DNA of 63,868 bases, filler included, from Octopus bimaculoides (taxonomy: Eukaryota): the NCBI RefSeq assembly GCF_001194135.2. It is 4 parts of 4 records of this genome, joined end to end, with 100 filler letters (N's around TTAATTAATTAA, not from the genome) between each part and the next. Parts side by side here need not be neighbours in the genome. Positions count along the whole stretch, not along the records: positions 31,419 to 61,509 come from NC_068988.1; 3 more parts are not named here. The stretch is one strand, 5' to 3'. Made by a program: the position numbers and the translations under genes. Of this stretch, positions 48,402 through 61,422 are shown piece by piece; within the stretch, counting starts at the first letter, position 1, and each line of letters opens with the position of its first letter. The notes under the pieces are model-generated. The model did no database searches. It saw nothing but the letters and a program-made list of their open reading frames with translations, and was not told the origin of the DNA.

Positions 48402-51375
48402 TGTATCATACTTAAGTAAAACACATCACTGAAAGGTAATTCACTGAGGCATTCGTTCAAAGATAATAACTTTTATGGACTTGTTTTTAAAAACACAATA
48501 TATTCCGGACGGAGACGAAAGTCGTTCCAGCAGCGGTTAGTGCAAACGCCAAATGCATGTATATTTATTTATAACGAAACATCGAAGTTTGCGTGAAAGT
48601 AGGTACTGAGCTACAAAATGGTCAAAAACCACAAGTTTACATTATATTGAAGTGAAATGTTTTAAGGAATGATTTTATTATTATTAATGATTTTTAAAAA
48701 AACATGTTTGGTTTCTGTTACATAAAATGCAAATATGGTTGAATTTTGATGTTTGGCATATCTTGCGTAGACAGTTGATATTTATTAATATCTCTTTCTG
48801 AGTATTTTGCCTCATGTTCTTGAGTTTCAGTTGCATTATTCTCACATATTAGTGAGGGTCTTGAGAATAGCATAGTCTCGTTACCCACTCTGAAAAAAAT
48901 GCATTAATCTACTTTTGTTTTATCACCAGCATTAATACTGTTGCCGTACTTTATCATTCTATTACTTCTATTCTCAAGTTTCTCAACGTATAAATAGTAA
49001 AACTAATTACATATGATTCCTATAGGTAGCGTGGCAGTGGGTACAGTGTATAATTAATAGGCGTTTCGTTAGTTTGGCGTGTTAAGTTCAAATCTTTTGT
49101 TGGGTTTAGAGTAAGTAACGAGTAAAGTAGTCATTATTTTAATGGTTTCAGTCTTGAGACAACAATTGTACTAGGGTCCTTCCTCGAAGGATTTCATTGA
49201 TCAGATCGTTCCTATTATATACTAAGTCTGGTACTTCTTTATCAATCTTTATTTCACTCTCTCCCTCTCTCTCTATATATTTTTGTGTGTTTGTATCTAT
49301 TTATCATTTTCTAAGTGAGAACTAACGTTTTAAAAGAATAGGTTGTAAATACACTGGTAGTGTTATTATTTTTAAATCTCTCAAAGAGAGACATTCAGTA
49401 ACAGTTCTTTAAACTAAAATAGCCTTTACTCTAGAAGTGTATTTTTCAGAAAATGCTGCTGCAATCGGCTGGATCACTAGAAATTCGATCAAACCCACAT
49501 CAACTTTAGTATTATGAAGAACGATGAAATTAGGAACACCGACCACAAAAACACCGATAATAATCGCAATATCAACATTCGCGTTTCGGAGTTTTTACGG
49601 GTTTTGTCAGAGAAACAAATGACGGTACACATAAAATGTTGAAGTCATCTAAAATTGTTTGTTGTTGTTGTTCTTCTTGCTGTTGTTGTTATTGTTGTTG
49701 CTGTTGATGTGGTTGTTGTTGTTGGTGGTGGTGGTGTTGGTTATTTTACTGTAACTGAACACTGTTTCAGTCGATCTTTTATCAAAAGCATTCCAGCCGT
49801 GACTATCCCATCTTTTCCGTCCGTTCAGGGAATCTTGAAATGCACGAGTAAACATTGCCCAGTTTCTAAAGCGGTGTGTGATTTAGGGAAAATCTGATCA
49901 CTGTTTCTTGCAGAAACGAGAAGTCTTACAGAAGGTTCACAAGGCTTGGGCAGGACAGAGGGGGTGAAATATAAGTACAAAACCAAGTACAACTGCCAGC
50001 CGTCATTTGTGAGTGAATATGGTGAAATATACCTCGCTTTTGCTAATTTCTTTAGGTGCCGGGTTGCAGAAATAAACTTGGCACTCGCCCCAGCAGAAAG
50101 ATACAGGGTGTCACAGTTGTAGTGAGAGATGTTTGCACGAGCAGGTGGCTGGTACACATTATAGCTAAGAAAACCGAATCAGCAGGAAAAGAAAGGCCTT
50201 GTGCTATTATACGGGGTATCTGCCAACCGGGCAATGGAACTTATAACCTTAGGATCATTAGTCGAATGCCTCTAACCACTTTGCCACAAATTTTTATTTT
50301 CACTGCAGCAGAATAAAGATATTCTGAAACAAAGACCTGGACTCAATGACTGCACTAACTGTGGTAATGAAGATGACACTGTAATAATTGATCGAATTTT
50401 TTTGTTTTCTTAAGTTTGTAATTGTTTTCTCCGGATATTTTAAAATTTTTCTTGTTTTATTTTTGTTTCATTTGTTGTCGTTGTTGTTGCTGTTTTTTTT
50501 TTGTTTTCTTTTCTCTTTCTTTCTTTCTTCTTCATTGCTACTCTGTGTTGCATACGATGCTAACAAGATTACAGTATGAATACTTTCTATCTGATTGCTT
50601 ACTTCAAAGAAGCCGCTAATGACTAATGAATTTCCACACACACGAAAAAGAAGTAAATATATATATAAATAGCAATGAAAGAAAGCAAAGGTAAAACGAC
50701 GAAGAGAAGCAAATTAAAGACAGTACATTTCTTTACGCAGTACTTGAAGATATCCAGAATTGAAAAAAAATGAATATTATTTTCTCTTTTTATATTCTAT
50801 ATTGCATTTCCAGTTGTCACCCTATGTTTTCCTTCTTTTTGTCCTTCACACAATCTCTATTAAAACATGTTCCGGTGGTAATAAATGTCAACAAGGGTTT
50901 ATTGCGATCAACCATGTCAGGTTTTATGTCACGCTCTGTTACGATCACGCTTTATTACGGCATATTACTAGCACGTACGCGCGTGTGTTCACACGCATGC
51001 GTACAATCATTTACAAGGCGACACTATGTTACACTATGTCAGCTCGTCATATCAATTTATGTCAAGGAATGTGTCATTCAGTTCGGTTATAGATTTATCC
51101 TCCTCCGCCTTACCTTAAACGCGTAATCTCATATTAAGTTTTATTATATCACAGCTTGCCAATGAAATATTCATGTATTCTCTACTTTTTAACATAGAAA
51201 TCTGCATACATATTCTCACACACAGACACACTCATATACATGCGCAAACCTATAGACACACATCTATGTATATTCATACCGTCTTTATAAGTACACACGT
51301 ACATACATGATGATGATGGTGGTTGTGGTGGTAATGTTTTGTTGTTGGTGATGGTGGTCGTCATCGACTTGGTGG

Positions 51376-51406
<31 letters not shown>

Positions 51407-51564
51407 GGTGGTGACAGTCTCCCGTAGTTCACGAAAGATGGTTCTGCAATTTCTTGCCGAACAATTTCCATTAATTATTTGATCAGAGTAATGAAACGTT
51501 TGTGTTGTACATTAACTCAATCCATCCATCAAATTGACATTGTCTGAACAAGTGCACCGTGTAT

Positions 51565-51700
51565 CACACGTCAGGTGTAGAAGTGCTCACAGTTCAATGT
51601 GAGATGAAGTGTTTTACTCAGGAACGTAAAACACCCGGTGTAGGAATTGAAACATCGATCACGCGATCGTAAGTGCAACAACACTGTTATCACCAAGTCA
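51565..51700 (-). mobile_element. Degenerate tRNA-derived SINE head
   Basis: Minus strand GAAGGCGCATGACTTGGTG..TTTCAATTCC..CCTGAGTAAAACACTTCATCTCAC. Confidence 0.6.
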
Positions 51701-51734
51701 TGCGCCTTCATACATACATACATATTTACATACA

Positions 51735-52626
51735 TAGATAGGTCAGATCAATAAGTAAACGGATTGTTGCCATAGTAAGGAAGCTAATTCACGCATAGTA
51801 AAGCCACTTAGCAAAGATTGACCTTGAACTTTGCGGTGCATGCGCAATAGGTTTTAACGTTCTAGCTTACTTCCGCTGTTTACAGCAGTGCTTGGAATTA
51901 ACGTATGTAGGGTGTGATCGTCGCATTGACTATGGCAGAGTAAGTTGTCATGGCAATACCTGCTCAGAGACCTACCCAAAGTTGCAAAAAGTGTATGGAA
52001 AGGAGTGTATGAGCCACACACAAGTGTACGAGTGGGTCAAACGTTTCCAAGATGGCCGAAAAAATGTCGATATTCACGAACGTTCTAGGAGACCCGCAAC
52101 TAGCAGAACTGAGAAAAACATCGCAGATGTGCGTTTAACTGTAAGGGGAAGTCGTTGAATCACTATCCGTAAGTTATCCAAGGATGTGCAGATTGGTTAC
52201 GGTTCAGTTCAGTCCGTTATCACTGAAGTTTTGGGTATGACACACGTGTCTGCCAAGTTTGTGCCCAAATTGCTTTCAGATGACCAAATTGACACTCGGA
52301 TTTCAGTTGCACAAGTTCTCTTTGATTGTGTCGAGAACGATGAAAATTCTTTGGAAACTTTGCGTAGGCCTCTGACCGCCAGGCTTTTGGCAAGATTTGA
52401 CGCAAATTCTCTGCTCGACTTTCTCTGTCATGGTCAATGCAACGATCACACGTTACACACATTTCTTCCAAGCACTGCTGTAAACAATGGAAGTGAGCTA
52501 GAACGTTAAAACGTAGTGTGCCTACACACCAGAGACAAGTTCAATCTGTGCCAAGCGGCTTTACTCTGTGTCCTTTAACTTCGTTACTATAGTAACAGTC
52601 CAGATACTTGTTGATCAAACCACGTA
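51735..52626 (+). mobile_element. Non-autonomous mariner with about 250-bp inverted arms and the transposase HTH region only
   Basis: The left arm (from 51735) and right arm (about 52350-52626) are reverse-complementary, e.g. TTTTAACGTTCTAGCT.ACTTCC..TGTTTACAGCAGTGCTTGGAA. The interior reads SETYPKLQKVYG..EWVKRFQDGR..SAKFVPKLL..DENSL. No DDD domain. Confidence 0.93.
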
Positions 52627-52669
52627 TAGTTTGGGTGACGGAAAAGAACAATAATGTTTAGTCGTAGAG

Positions 52670-52860
52670 ATTAATTAACCCTGTAGATATGGATATTTCT
52701 TCCAATATAGCAGAAAGGAGAATATCTATGGACGAATGCTTCAAAATTTAAACTCCTGTACCCTGATTTCAAAATTAAATTTATACCAATAGTCACTGGT
52801 GCACTTGGTTATGTTAGTAGATGTTTGACCAACGATCTAGAAAGGCTGCGATCTTAAGAT
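52670..52860 (+). mobile_element. RLE-domain fragment of a non-LTR element
   Basis: PVDMDISSNIAE/KENIYGRMLQNL/KLLYPDFKIKFIPIVTGALGYV (frameshifted). Confidence 0.78.
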
Positions 52861-53005
52861 CTCCTTCAATAAAAATATGCAACACATTGTAAGCTTTCAA
52901 TAATGTAAAAATTACTGATCTTATCCGAATTCCAGCGAAGGAACTCCTATTTCTCTATTAAAATCGGTATCCTTCCTTATAGAAAGAATTCTAATAAGTT
53001 TTAAA

Positions 53006-53059
<54 letters not shown>

Positions 53060-53207
53060 GTCCGATAATGGTTTAGCTGGCTGAAACTCCGAAGTTGCTG
53101 TCAATACTATTCTTGTCAAAGAATAACACATTTGTAACCTATCAGAAGTATTCAGTAATTCTTCAGTTTAATGTAATATTGTTTTTATTATAACAAAACA
53201 AACATTA

Positions 53208-53238
<31 letters not shown>

Positions 53239-53830
53239 TGTACGTATGTATGTATGTATATATGTATGTACGTATGTACGTATGTATGTATGTATGTATG
53301 TACGTATGTACGTATGTATGTATGTATGTACGTATGTACGTATGTATGTATGTATGTACGTATGTATGTATGTACGTATGTATGTATGTATGTATGTACG
53401 TATGTATGTATGTATGTATGTACGTATGTATGTATGTACGTATGTATGTATTCTTGTCATTATTCAGTTCTATTTCAAGGTTTCTTGCCAACAGAGAAAG
53501 AATCGTTTTCTAACCTAAATCCAAGGCTTCATCATTGGAATTTCAGCAACATCAACGGGGTATGTGTATGTATGTATGTTTGTATGTATGTATGTATGTA
53601 TGTATGTATGTATGTATGTATGTATGCTGATTTGCATGTTTTGTTTTATATTTGTATTCTCAGGCATATAGTTGCATGTCAAGACATGCTCATATATACT
53701 TAAATGATAAACTTCTGGTAAGTTTTACAGATTTTTACAGTTTCAATGATGTCTTGGATCTGTAGTATTCAAATCAGCTTTCTCCTTTCTGGTTTTGAGA
53801 AGCCTAATTTTTCAGGGTTATCATTTAGGC
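53208..53830 (+). mobile_element. (TATG/TACG)n array plus associated interspersed repeat
   Basis: Homologous to 23210-23445. Confidence 0.8.
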
Positions 53831-54599
53831 AGTGTGATAATGTATGTATGTATGTATGTATGTATGTATGTATGTATGTATGTACTGTAAGAACACGAGT
53901 TTATATCATTTGTTTCCTTCAGACGTTTCACCATTGTAGTTGTTTGGAATTCAGCTTTGGTTGTTTCTAGTGTAATATGTTGGCTTAACGATAACAAATC
54001 ATCAGGGAACACTTTATAGCATTATGTACAGTGAGTGAACAAGCCACGGAAAGTGGAAAATTCAACGTTGTGGATAGTCCTTCTGCGGGGGTAAAGTTGA
54101 TAGGAGAAAGATTACAGACACAGCAAAGATTTACATCCTATTTAAGTTAGAAAATATTAGGCTGGGCCTGATCCGGAGCTGTTAGACCCCGAGAGCTTTC
54201 TTGCCAACGCAGACCAACGCCAGACTCTTAGGAGTCTGTTTGATCGTATAGACTTACGTATGCACAGGGAGTTACATACAGACATGTACACTGTTGCATG
54301 CATATATNNNNNNNNNNNNNNNNNNNNNNNNNNNNNNNNNNNNNNNNNNNNNNNNNNNNNNNNNNNNNNNNNNNNNNNNNNNNNNNNNNNNNNNNNNNNN
54401 NNNNNNNNNNNNNNNNNNNNNNNNNNNNNNNNNNNNNNNNNNNNNNNNNNNNNNNNNNNNNNNNNNNNNNNNNNNNNNNNNNNNNNNNNNNNNNNNNNNN
54501 NNNNNNNNNNNNNNNNNNNNNNNNNNNNNNNNNNNNNNNNNNNNGTGTTTATAAGCCATTTAAAATAACACACGAAATCCGTTAGATTCACTTCAACAT

Positions 54600-54720
54600 T
54601 GTTGCTGAAATTCCAATGATGAAGCCTTGGATTTAGGTTAGAAAACGATTCTTTCTCTGTTGGCAAGAAACCTTGAAATAGAACTCAATAATGACAAGAA
54701 TACATACATACGTACATACA
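54600..54720 (-). repeat. Inverted near-identical copy of 53431-53551
   Basis: 120 of 121 nt identical by my alignment. Confidence 0.9.
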
Positions 54721-54738
54721 TATATATGTGTGTGTGTG

Positions 54739-54813
<75 letters not shown>

Positions 54814-56269
54814 GTTTGGGTAGATGGATGTACTTCAACTGACACAATAACATCAAACTGAAAAATGTGTCTTACTGAAAATAAATATAGCAAGACAAAG
54901 AAAGATTTCGTATGAAATAAAGAAGATGAGGAAGAAAGAAAGGAAATCTCGAATGATGGATGGAATACATTAAAGAGAGAAAGGAAAGGAAACTGAAGGG
55001 CCGAAGAAAAGCTGAAATAGAAGAGAGAGAAGTATGTACGTAAAAATTAAGATGAACAGAGGAAAAACTGATAAAAGCAGAGAGACGCCATATTGTTGAC
55101 TAGGTGGTGAGCCATGTCAGAGGATGTAGAAGTAGGATACACGATACGCACAAAAAAACGTTAAAGGTCAACGGAGGCTGCTGAGAGGAGGAAACCTTGC
55201 TTTTCTATGTAAATACCAACCTTGATTCTACTGCTGCCATAATACCATAAACAATTCAAGCTACTTCAAATACAACTTTTCTCTAATTTCCCTCCACCAC
55301 CTCTTTACTTTCTTGACGTTATGTTTTCTATCTCTCTACTATGTATGCCTTATTTTTTTTATATACATTTTTATTATTACTTTATATATATTTTTTAATG
55401 GACAGATGCCATCTCAAGCAATCAAACGTGGTCTTTATATTAAATGCCGGATGATCCGAATTTGTCTTCACTTTCTCTCATTGGCACCTCCTCTCCTCTT
55501 CACTCCACTCCCGTCTCTCTCTCTCTCATTCTCTCTCTCTCATTCTCTCTCTCTCATTCNNNNNNNNNNNNNNNNNNNNNNNNNNNNNNNNNNNNNNNNN
55601 NNNNNNNNNNNNNNNNNNNNNNNNNNNNNNNNNNNNNNNNNNNNNNNNNNNNNNNNNNNNNNNNNNNNNNNNNNNNNNNNNNNNNNNNNNNNNNNNNNNN
55701 NNNNNNNNNNNNNNNNNNNNNNNNNNNNNNNNNNNNNNNNNNNNNNNNNNNNNNNNNNNNNNNNNNNNNNNNNNNNNNNNNNNNNNNNNNNNNNNNNNNN
55801 NNNNNNNNNNNNNNNNNNNNNNNNNNNNNNNNNNNNNNNNNNNNNNNNNNNNNNNNNNNNNNNNNNNNNNNNNNNNNNNNNNNNNNNNNNNNNNNNNNNN
55901 NNNNNNNNNNNNNNNNNNNNNNNNNNNNNNNNNNNNNNNNNNNNNNNNNNNNNNNNNNNNNNNNNNNNNNNNNNNNNNNNNNNNNNNNNNNNNNNNNNNN
56001 NNNNNNNNNNNNNNNNNNNNNNNNNNNNNNNNNNNNNNNNNNNNNNNNNNNNNNNNNNNNNNNNNNNNNNNNNNNNNNNNNNNNNNNNNNNNNNNNNNNN
56101 NNNNNNNNNNNNNNNNNNNNNNNNNNNNNNNNNNNNNNNNNNNNNNNNNNNNNNNNNNNNNNNNNNNNNNNNNNNNNNNNNNNNNNNNNNNNNNNNNNNN
56201 NNNNNNNNNNNNNNNNNNNNNNNNNNNNNNTATATATATATATATATATATATATTCTTTTATTTCTTT

Positions 56270-56325
56270 ATTCTTCTGTTTCAGTCATTTGACTGCGGCC
56301 ATGCTGGAGCACCACCTTAGCGGGT
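56270..56325 (-). mobile_element. SINE family B tail
   Basis: TGTTTCAGTCATTTGACTGCGGCCATGCTGGAGCACCACC. Confidence 0.8.
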
Positions 56326-56329
56326 TTTA

Positions 56330-57870
56330 TATCAGATCTGTTGTGCTTACATTTTATTGAGGTCTTCACTTGGACACTCCACCAGTATTCCTTATTTATT
56401 ATGAGATGGTATGGCTTCTACCATATTGTGGCTTCTTAATTTTTTTGTCCACGGGATTATCCTTCCGACGGATTTCATTATAGTAGGTCCTAGCTACAGC
56501 TTCATCTTTCATCGGTAGATAATACTGTGATAACATTTTCGGACAACTGCTTATGATGTGGGTGATATCTTCAGTCTGAACTCCACAAAGTCATATTTTA
56601 AGGCTTTTGCTGCATCTCTATCCCTTTTGTGTATCAGATTCTTGGTTGATATTTCCTGTTCCTGGGTTGCAAAAGCATACCCTTCAAAGTGGGAGGTAGT
56701 AATCCGACTATTGGCCCATAATAAACTGCTTTGATGATCGATGTAACTATCATTACGGATTTTTCTACTAGTTTATCCATGCATCGTCTTCAGCTCATAT
56801 AGGCCCTGATGATATGTTGCACGTATTCTAGGTTATCAGAACAAAGCGTTGCTCAAGGACCTGCCTTCCAAGTCTTATAATGTCATCAGCCTCATGGGTA
56901 AAGTGATGCACTTCGACACTTGGTGGTTAAAAGATGTTGCCGAGGGGATTTGATGCGACATTCAAAGGTATTTTGGATCGATGCTAAGCCTCTGCTGCCT
57001 TGTTTTCGTTTTAGATAGAGGCGGTCTACATCACTGTTTATGTGGAAATTACATGTGCTTGTTAGTATTTTTTGGGGTTTTCACATCAATGGCTCGGATC
57101 TCATCAAGCGTCCAATCAAGCAGCCTAAATGTTGATATGAGTACTGGCATTCCAAAAAAATTTGGATACTGTTTTATTGAATACTGTGAGTTCCGAGGTC
57201 CAAATTTTCTTTATTCGGCTGTAATATTCTATAGTGACACGTGTTTTGTGACAGGGCCATTGTAAGATATATATTTCATCCACCTCTAGATACCTGTAAC
57301 ATTCCTTGTCAGATGCAGGTGTAATAGTAAAACCATATAACAACATTTATCATAACAAATCTCCAAAGCTACATCCTTTGAGAATGTTGTAACTAAGTCA
57401 AAGCTCTTTTTCATCTCATGCATATTCTTTGCATAAAGTTTTAAGTCATCCACAAAGAAACAATGTGTAATTTTGATATTTCTGTTTCCTTGTGAGCCAG
57501 TGAGATATCTTTCAGATTTCCTTAACATGAATGACAAGGGGTTTACAAAAAGTATTAACAACATCAGAGACAGACTGTCTCTTTGGAATATGCCTGTACG
57601 ATACTATATTCTATCGGTGATAATACAGGCACTCTTTGTGTTTAATTTCAAGATGGTGGCTTTTGACTATTCCCACTGGAACTTTAGCAAGCTGAAGGGC
57701 TTCGAGCATCCATGGATGGGGAACAGAGACAAAGGCTTCCTTGTAGTTTAGCCACATTGAAACTAGGTTCCTCCTATGCTCTTGCACCTTTGACATCACA
57801 GTTTTGTTGATTTACAATTACTCGGCACATCCCCAGACTCCCTTCTTCCCAGCTGTTTGTTCTGCTGTAA
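56330..57870 (-). mobile_element. RLE-type (R4/NeSL-like) non-LTR retrotransposon RT region, decayed
   Basis: WLNYKEAFVSVPHPWMLEAL, ITHCFFVDDLKLYA, YRYLEVDE..EYYSRIKKIWTSEL, SHFEGYAFATQEQEISTK. Confidence 0.92.
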
Positions 57871-58548
57871 TAATGTTATTGGTTTCTCAATGGTCCTGGA
57901 GGAAGAGGTTTAAACATGCTATATATATATTTTATACATTAAGTACTGGAATGCAATTGGCCGGTAGTTTTTTTGCCATGTGGATGCTTCTGCATTTGGG
58001 GGTCAATTTTGTTTATGCCAAAGCTAACCTTGTATGTATGTATGTATGTATGCATGTATGTATGTATGTATGTATGTATGTATGTATGCATGTATGCATG
58101 TATGCATGTATGTATTTTGTGCGTGTTAGCGTACATATGTGTATATGTTTTTAGTGTGTGCATGGATAAATGGATGCATGTATGCGTGTGTATGTGAATG
58201 ACGTGTCTCTCTATATACATTTATGCTTTTAGATTTTTTGTAAGTGAATATTTTATTATAAACAGACTCACATTTTAATTAAACTTATTTTAACATTAAT
58301 TAATTTACTCTGGGCATATATGTATTTCCTTCTAAACTAAATTTTATTTTTGATTAAAGGTTTTCTTCAATTTTACACAATACGATATTTAATTTGATAT
58401 TTAATTTTATAACATCGTTTCTTAAAAAAAGGAAGCCGTTAGTTTAAACGACCAATGAAATGAAACCAAATTGAAATGTGTATCTGTCAATGTAAAATGT
58501 ACAATATATTACACATATAACCTTAATTCATGTCCCGTTTTTAATCAC

Positions 58549-58589
58549 AACCGTCTGACGAACGGAAGGTAAAACTCTTAGTAGCAGTT
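58549..58589 (+). ncRNA. Degenerate hammerhead-like motif
   Basis: AACCGT-CTGACGA-ACGGAAGGT-AAAAC-TCTTA-GTA-GCAGTT. G12 is replaced by A and stem I has one mismatch. Confidence 0.35.
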
Positions 58590-59158
58590 TTTTTGTGATA
58601 ATTTTGTGAAGTTTTCGCAGCTTTAATAACAAAATATATGTGTGTGTGTGTGTGTTTATGTACGTATGTACGTATGCATGTATGTATATGTATTTATGTA
58701 TGCATGCATGTATGTATATAGGCATATATATGTATATATATNNNNNNNNNNATATATATACAGGGTAGCAGTAAAAGGAGTATGTATATATGTGTTCCTA
58801 TGAGTATATGTATATGTGTGTGTGTGCGTGCGTGTGCATATGCATATGCATTTACACACCGAACCCTATACTTATGTGTATATATAAAGACACACATAAA
58901 TTTGCAAGGTTGTGATTTTTTAAATTTTGGTGCATTCATTTGTTTTTCTATTAGTTGAATTTGTTAATGTTGTTACATAATCTTTTTTTGAAATTTTAGT
59001 TTCCAGTCCATCGTCAATTGTGTATTTTGCAATAGAAATATCTTACACGCATGCATGACTTAATTTGTTTAAATCGTACAAAGAATAAATATAAAGTTAA
59101 TGTATGCCAGAGCCAACTTCTCAACATGTTTTCGATTATTATATTTTTACTTGATTTA

Positions 59159-59373
59159 GGCGGTGAGCTGGCTGAAATTTTAGCACGCCGGGCAAAATGC
59201 TTAGCAGTATTTCGTCTGTCTTTACGTTCTGAGTTCAAATTCCACCGAGGTCGACTTTGCCTTTCATCCTTTCGAGGTCGATAAATTAAGTACTAGTTGC
59301 GCACTGGGGTCGTCCTGATCGACTGGCCCCTCCCCAAAAATTTAGGGCCGTGTGCCTAGAGTAGAAAAGATTA
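59159..59373 (+). mobile_element. SINE family A, full length
   Basis: GGCGGTGAGCTGGC..GAGTTCAAATTCC..GAGGTCGACTTTGCCTTTCATCCTTTCGAGGTCGATAAATTAAGTAC..GTAGAAAAGATTAT. Confidence 0.92.
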
Positions 59374-60839
59374 TATTTTTAGTTGATTCAGTACTTCAAG
59401 AACTTAAAATTTTGCTAATTATATTATCGTTCTCTTTCTTCCTGGACCGCTGAATTACAGGGGACACAAACACGCAGACAAAGTTACATGCAAATATTCA
59501 TATACGAGTACTTTTACACCGGTTCCTTCAACCAAATTCACTCAACTGTTATTGTTGGATCCGAAGCTACAGCAGGATACATCTCAGCACGTTGTCACAA
59601 AGTGAAACTGATACATAACAAGAAAAAAATTCCTTTAAAACTTACGGAAGACCTCCAGATAAAATCAGATAAAAGATATTTTTTAAATGTAAACACTACA
59701 AATAGCACTTCTTACAGAACCTAGAAATACTACCTTTACCGGTTTAAAACATTAAAATTCCTTGACATTTGAAATTGAATCACATAGGCCTTTCATCATC
59801 AGCGCTCTATTAGCTCGCCCCACTTCTGTATTCTATTATTTGTTTTATTTCACCTACCTTGTTGTTTCATTTTATTCTTTTATTTCCACAATTTATGATG
59901 TGGCAATCCCACATTATCGCATTTAACTTATTTGTTCTTCGATTTCCAACAAAAAGTGATCATCGTTTTTCAGTAGCGCCAAAGTTAATCGAGACAGCTA
60001 AAAGGAATAACTAACATCTACTATTTAGGAATTATTCACCTTAAAGAAAGCCAAAGCTTTACTAACTATATTTTCACATAACATCTGTAAACCCGTCCAG
60101 ATGTGGCACCTGAAAGAATGAAACTTCTCATGGCTCAGTATTCTCAAATTGCAACATAGATTCTAGTTTACATGAGTTTGTGCGCATACGTGTGTATGAG
60201 AATGAGCGACAGTGAGAGAGGGAGTATATGCTTACATATACTACCAATAAACGAGATCTTAATACCACGATTTGTAAGTTTCTTAAACAATTAGTGGTTC
60301 GGTTATTCGTATTTCTGACAGTTACTTGGCTTCGTATGCAACGGGAATGCTGATATTTTTGTATGCTGGCGTAAAAACTGGAGGGGTTTCACATGTTTCC
60401 TAACGAGCATCAGATGGCGAGAAAGAAATGACGTGTTATATGCGTGTATACGTGTAAATAATCTCACTGATCAAGCATAGCAGTTAATATTATGAAAGGA
60501 ATATCGCCAGATAGGAACCAACGTCAAATAATATTAGCCTGAGTTGGTTTATATAGAGGTTTCACGTTGGTTAGCTGCTAAAGGAGTAGGATGACTGAAT
60601 AATAACCGAAGATTCATGAATGAATTTGAGTTAGTATATGAGTATGTCTGCGTAACGTCTGTACGCCTGTGCGCGCGCGTGTGCAAATGAAAGTGAGTGA
60701 GTGTGTGTCGGTATGCATTCCTGTTACTATGCAACTGTTAACCTCCAGGTCAGTATATCAGTGTCTATTTATAATTAGGCTTTGGTATACACATATGAGA
60801 GCAGAAAAACTATACATAATTAGGTGTATACACTGTGGA

Positions 60840-61034
60840 AAAGTTCCATAAGTGGCTCGTCTGTTTTCCTGTGTTCATGCTGTTGTCCGTAAAAAAAAAA
60901 TCCGTTTTTTGTGCTTTGGTTATGTTCCCGTTCCTTTTTTTACGTCCTGTACCCGGATATGCATCTATATATACATGTAGATGTAGGTATGTATATATAT
61001 GTATGTATACATGCATATGCTCATATATCATTTG

Positions 61035-61075
<41 letters not shown>

Positions 61076-61275
61076 AAAATAACTGTTCCATATCCGCGTA
61101 TGCATTGTTGGCGATTTTCTTTCTCCGTCCTTCCATCTTTGGATTTCTGTATTTCTGATGAAGAGCTCCGCTCGAAACGTGAGGTCTTCTTTCTTTTTTT
61201 CCCTTTTCTGAGCGTCCAATAACATTGTACGTATTCCACGTCCTCGAGCTGTTGTTTTTCTTACTTATTCATGTT
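60840..61275 (+). mobile_element. Probable Penelope-like terminal repeat carrying a hammerhead-like core (61155-61188)
   Basis: Homologous to 1060-1530. Contains CTGATGA-A-GAG(CTCCG)CTC-GAAAC-GTGAG-GTC. Confidence 0.55.
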
Positions 61276-61287
61276 AGGATTGATTGT

Positions 61288-61350
<63 letters not shown>

Positions 61351-61387
61351 TAGATATACATATATATATACATATATATATACATTA

Positions 61388-61422
<35 letters not shown>

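Noticed and set aside
59780-59800. Minus-strand CTGATGATGAAA
   Set aside because: No stem II and no flanking stems; expected by chance.
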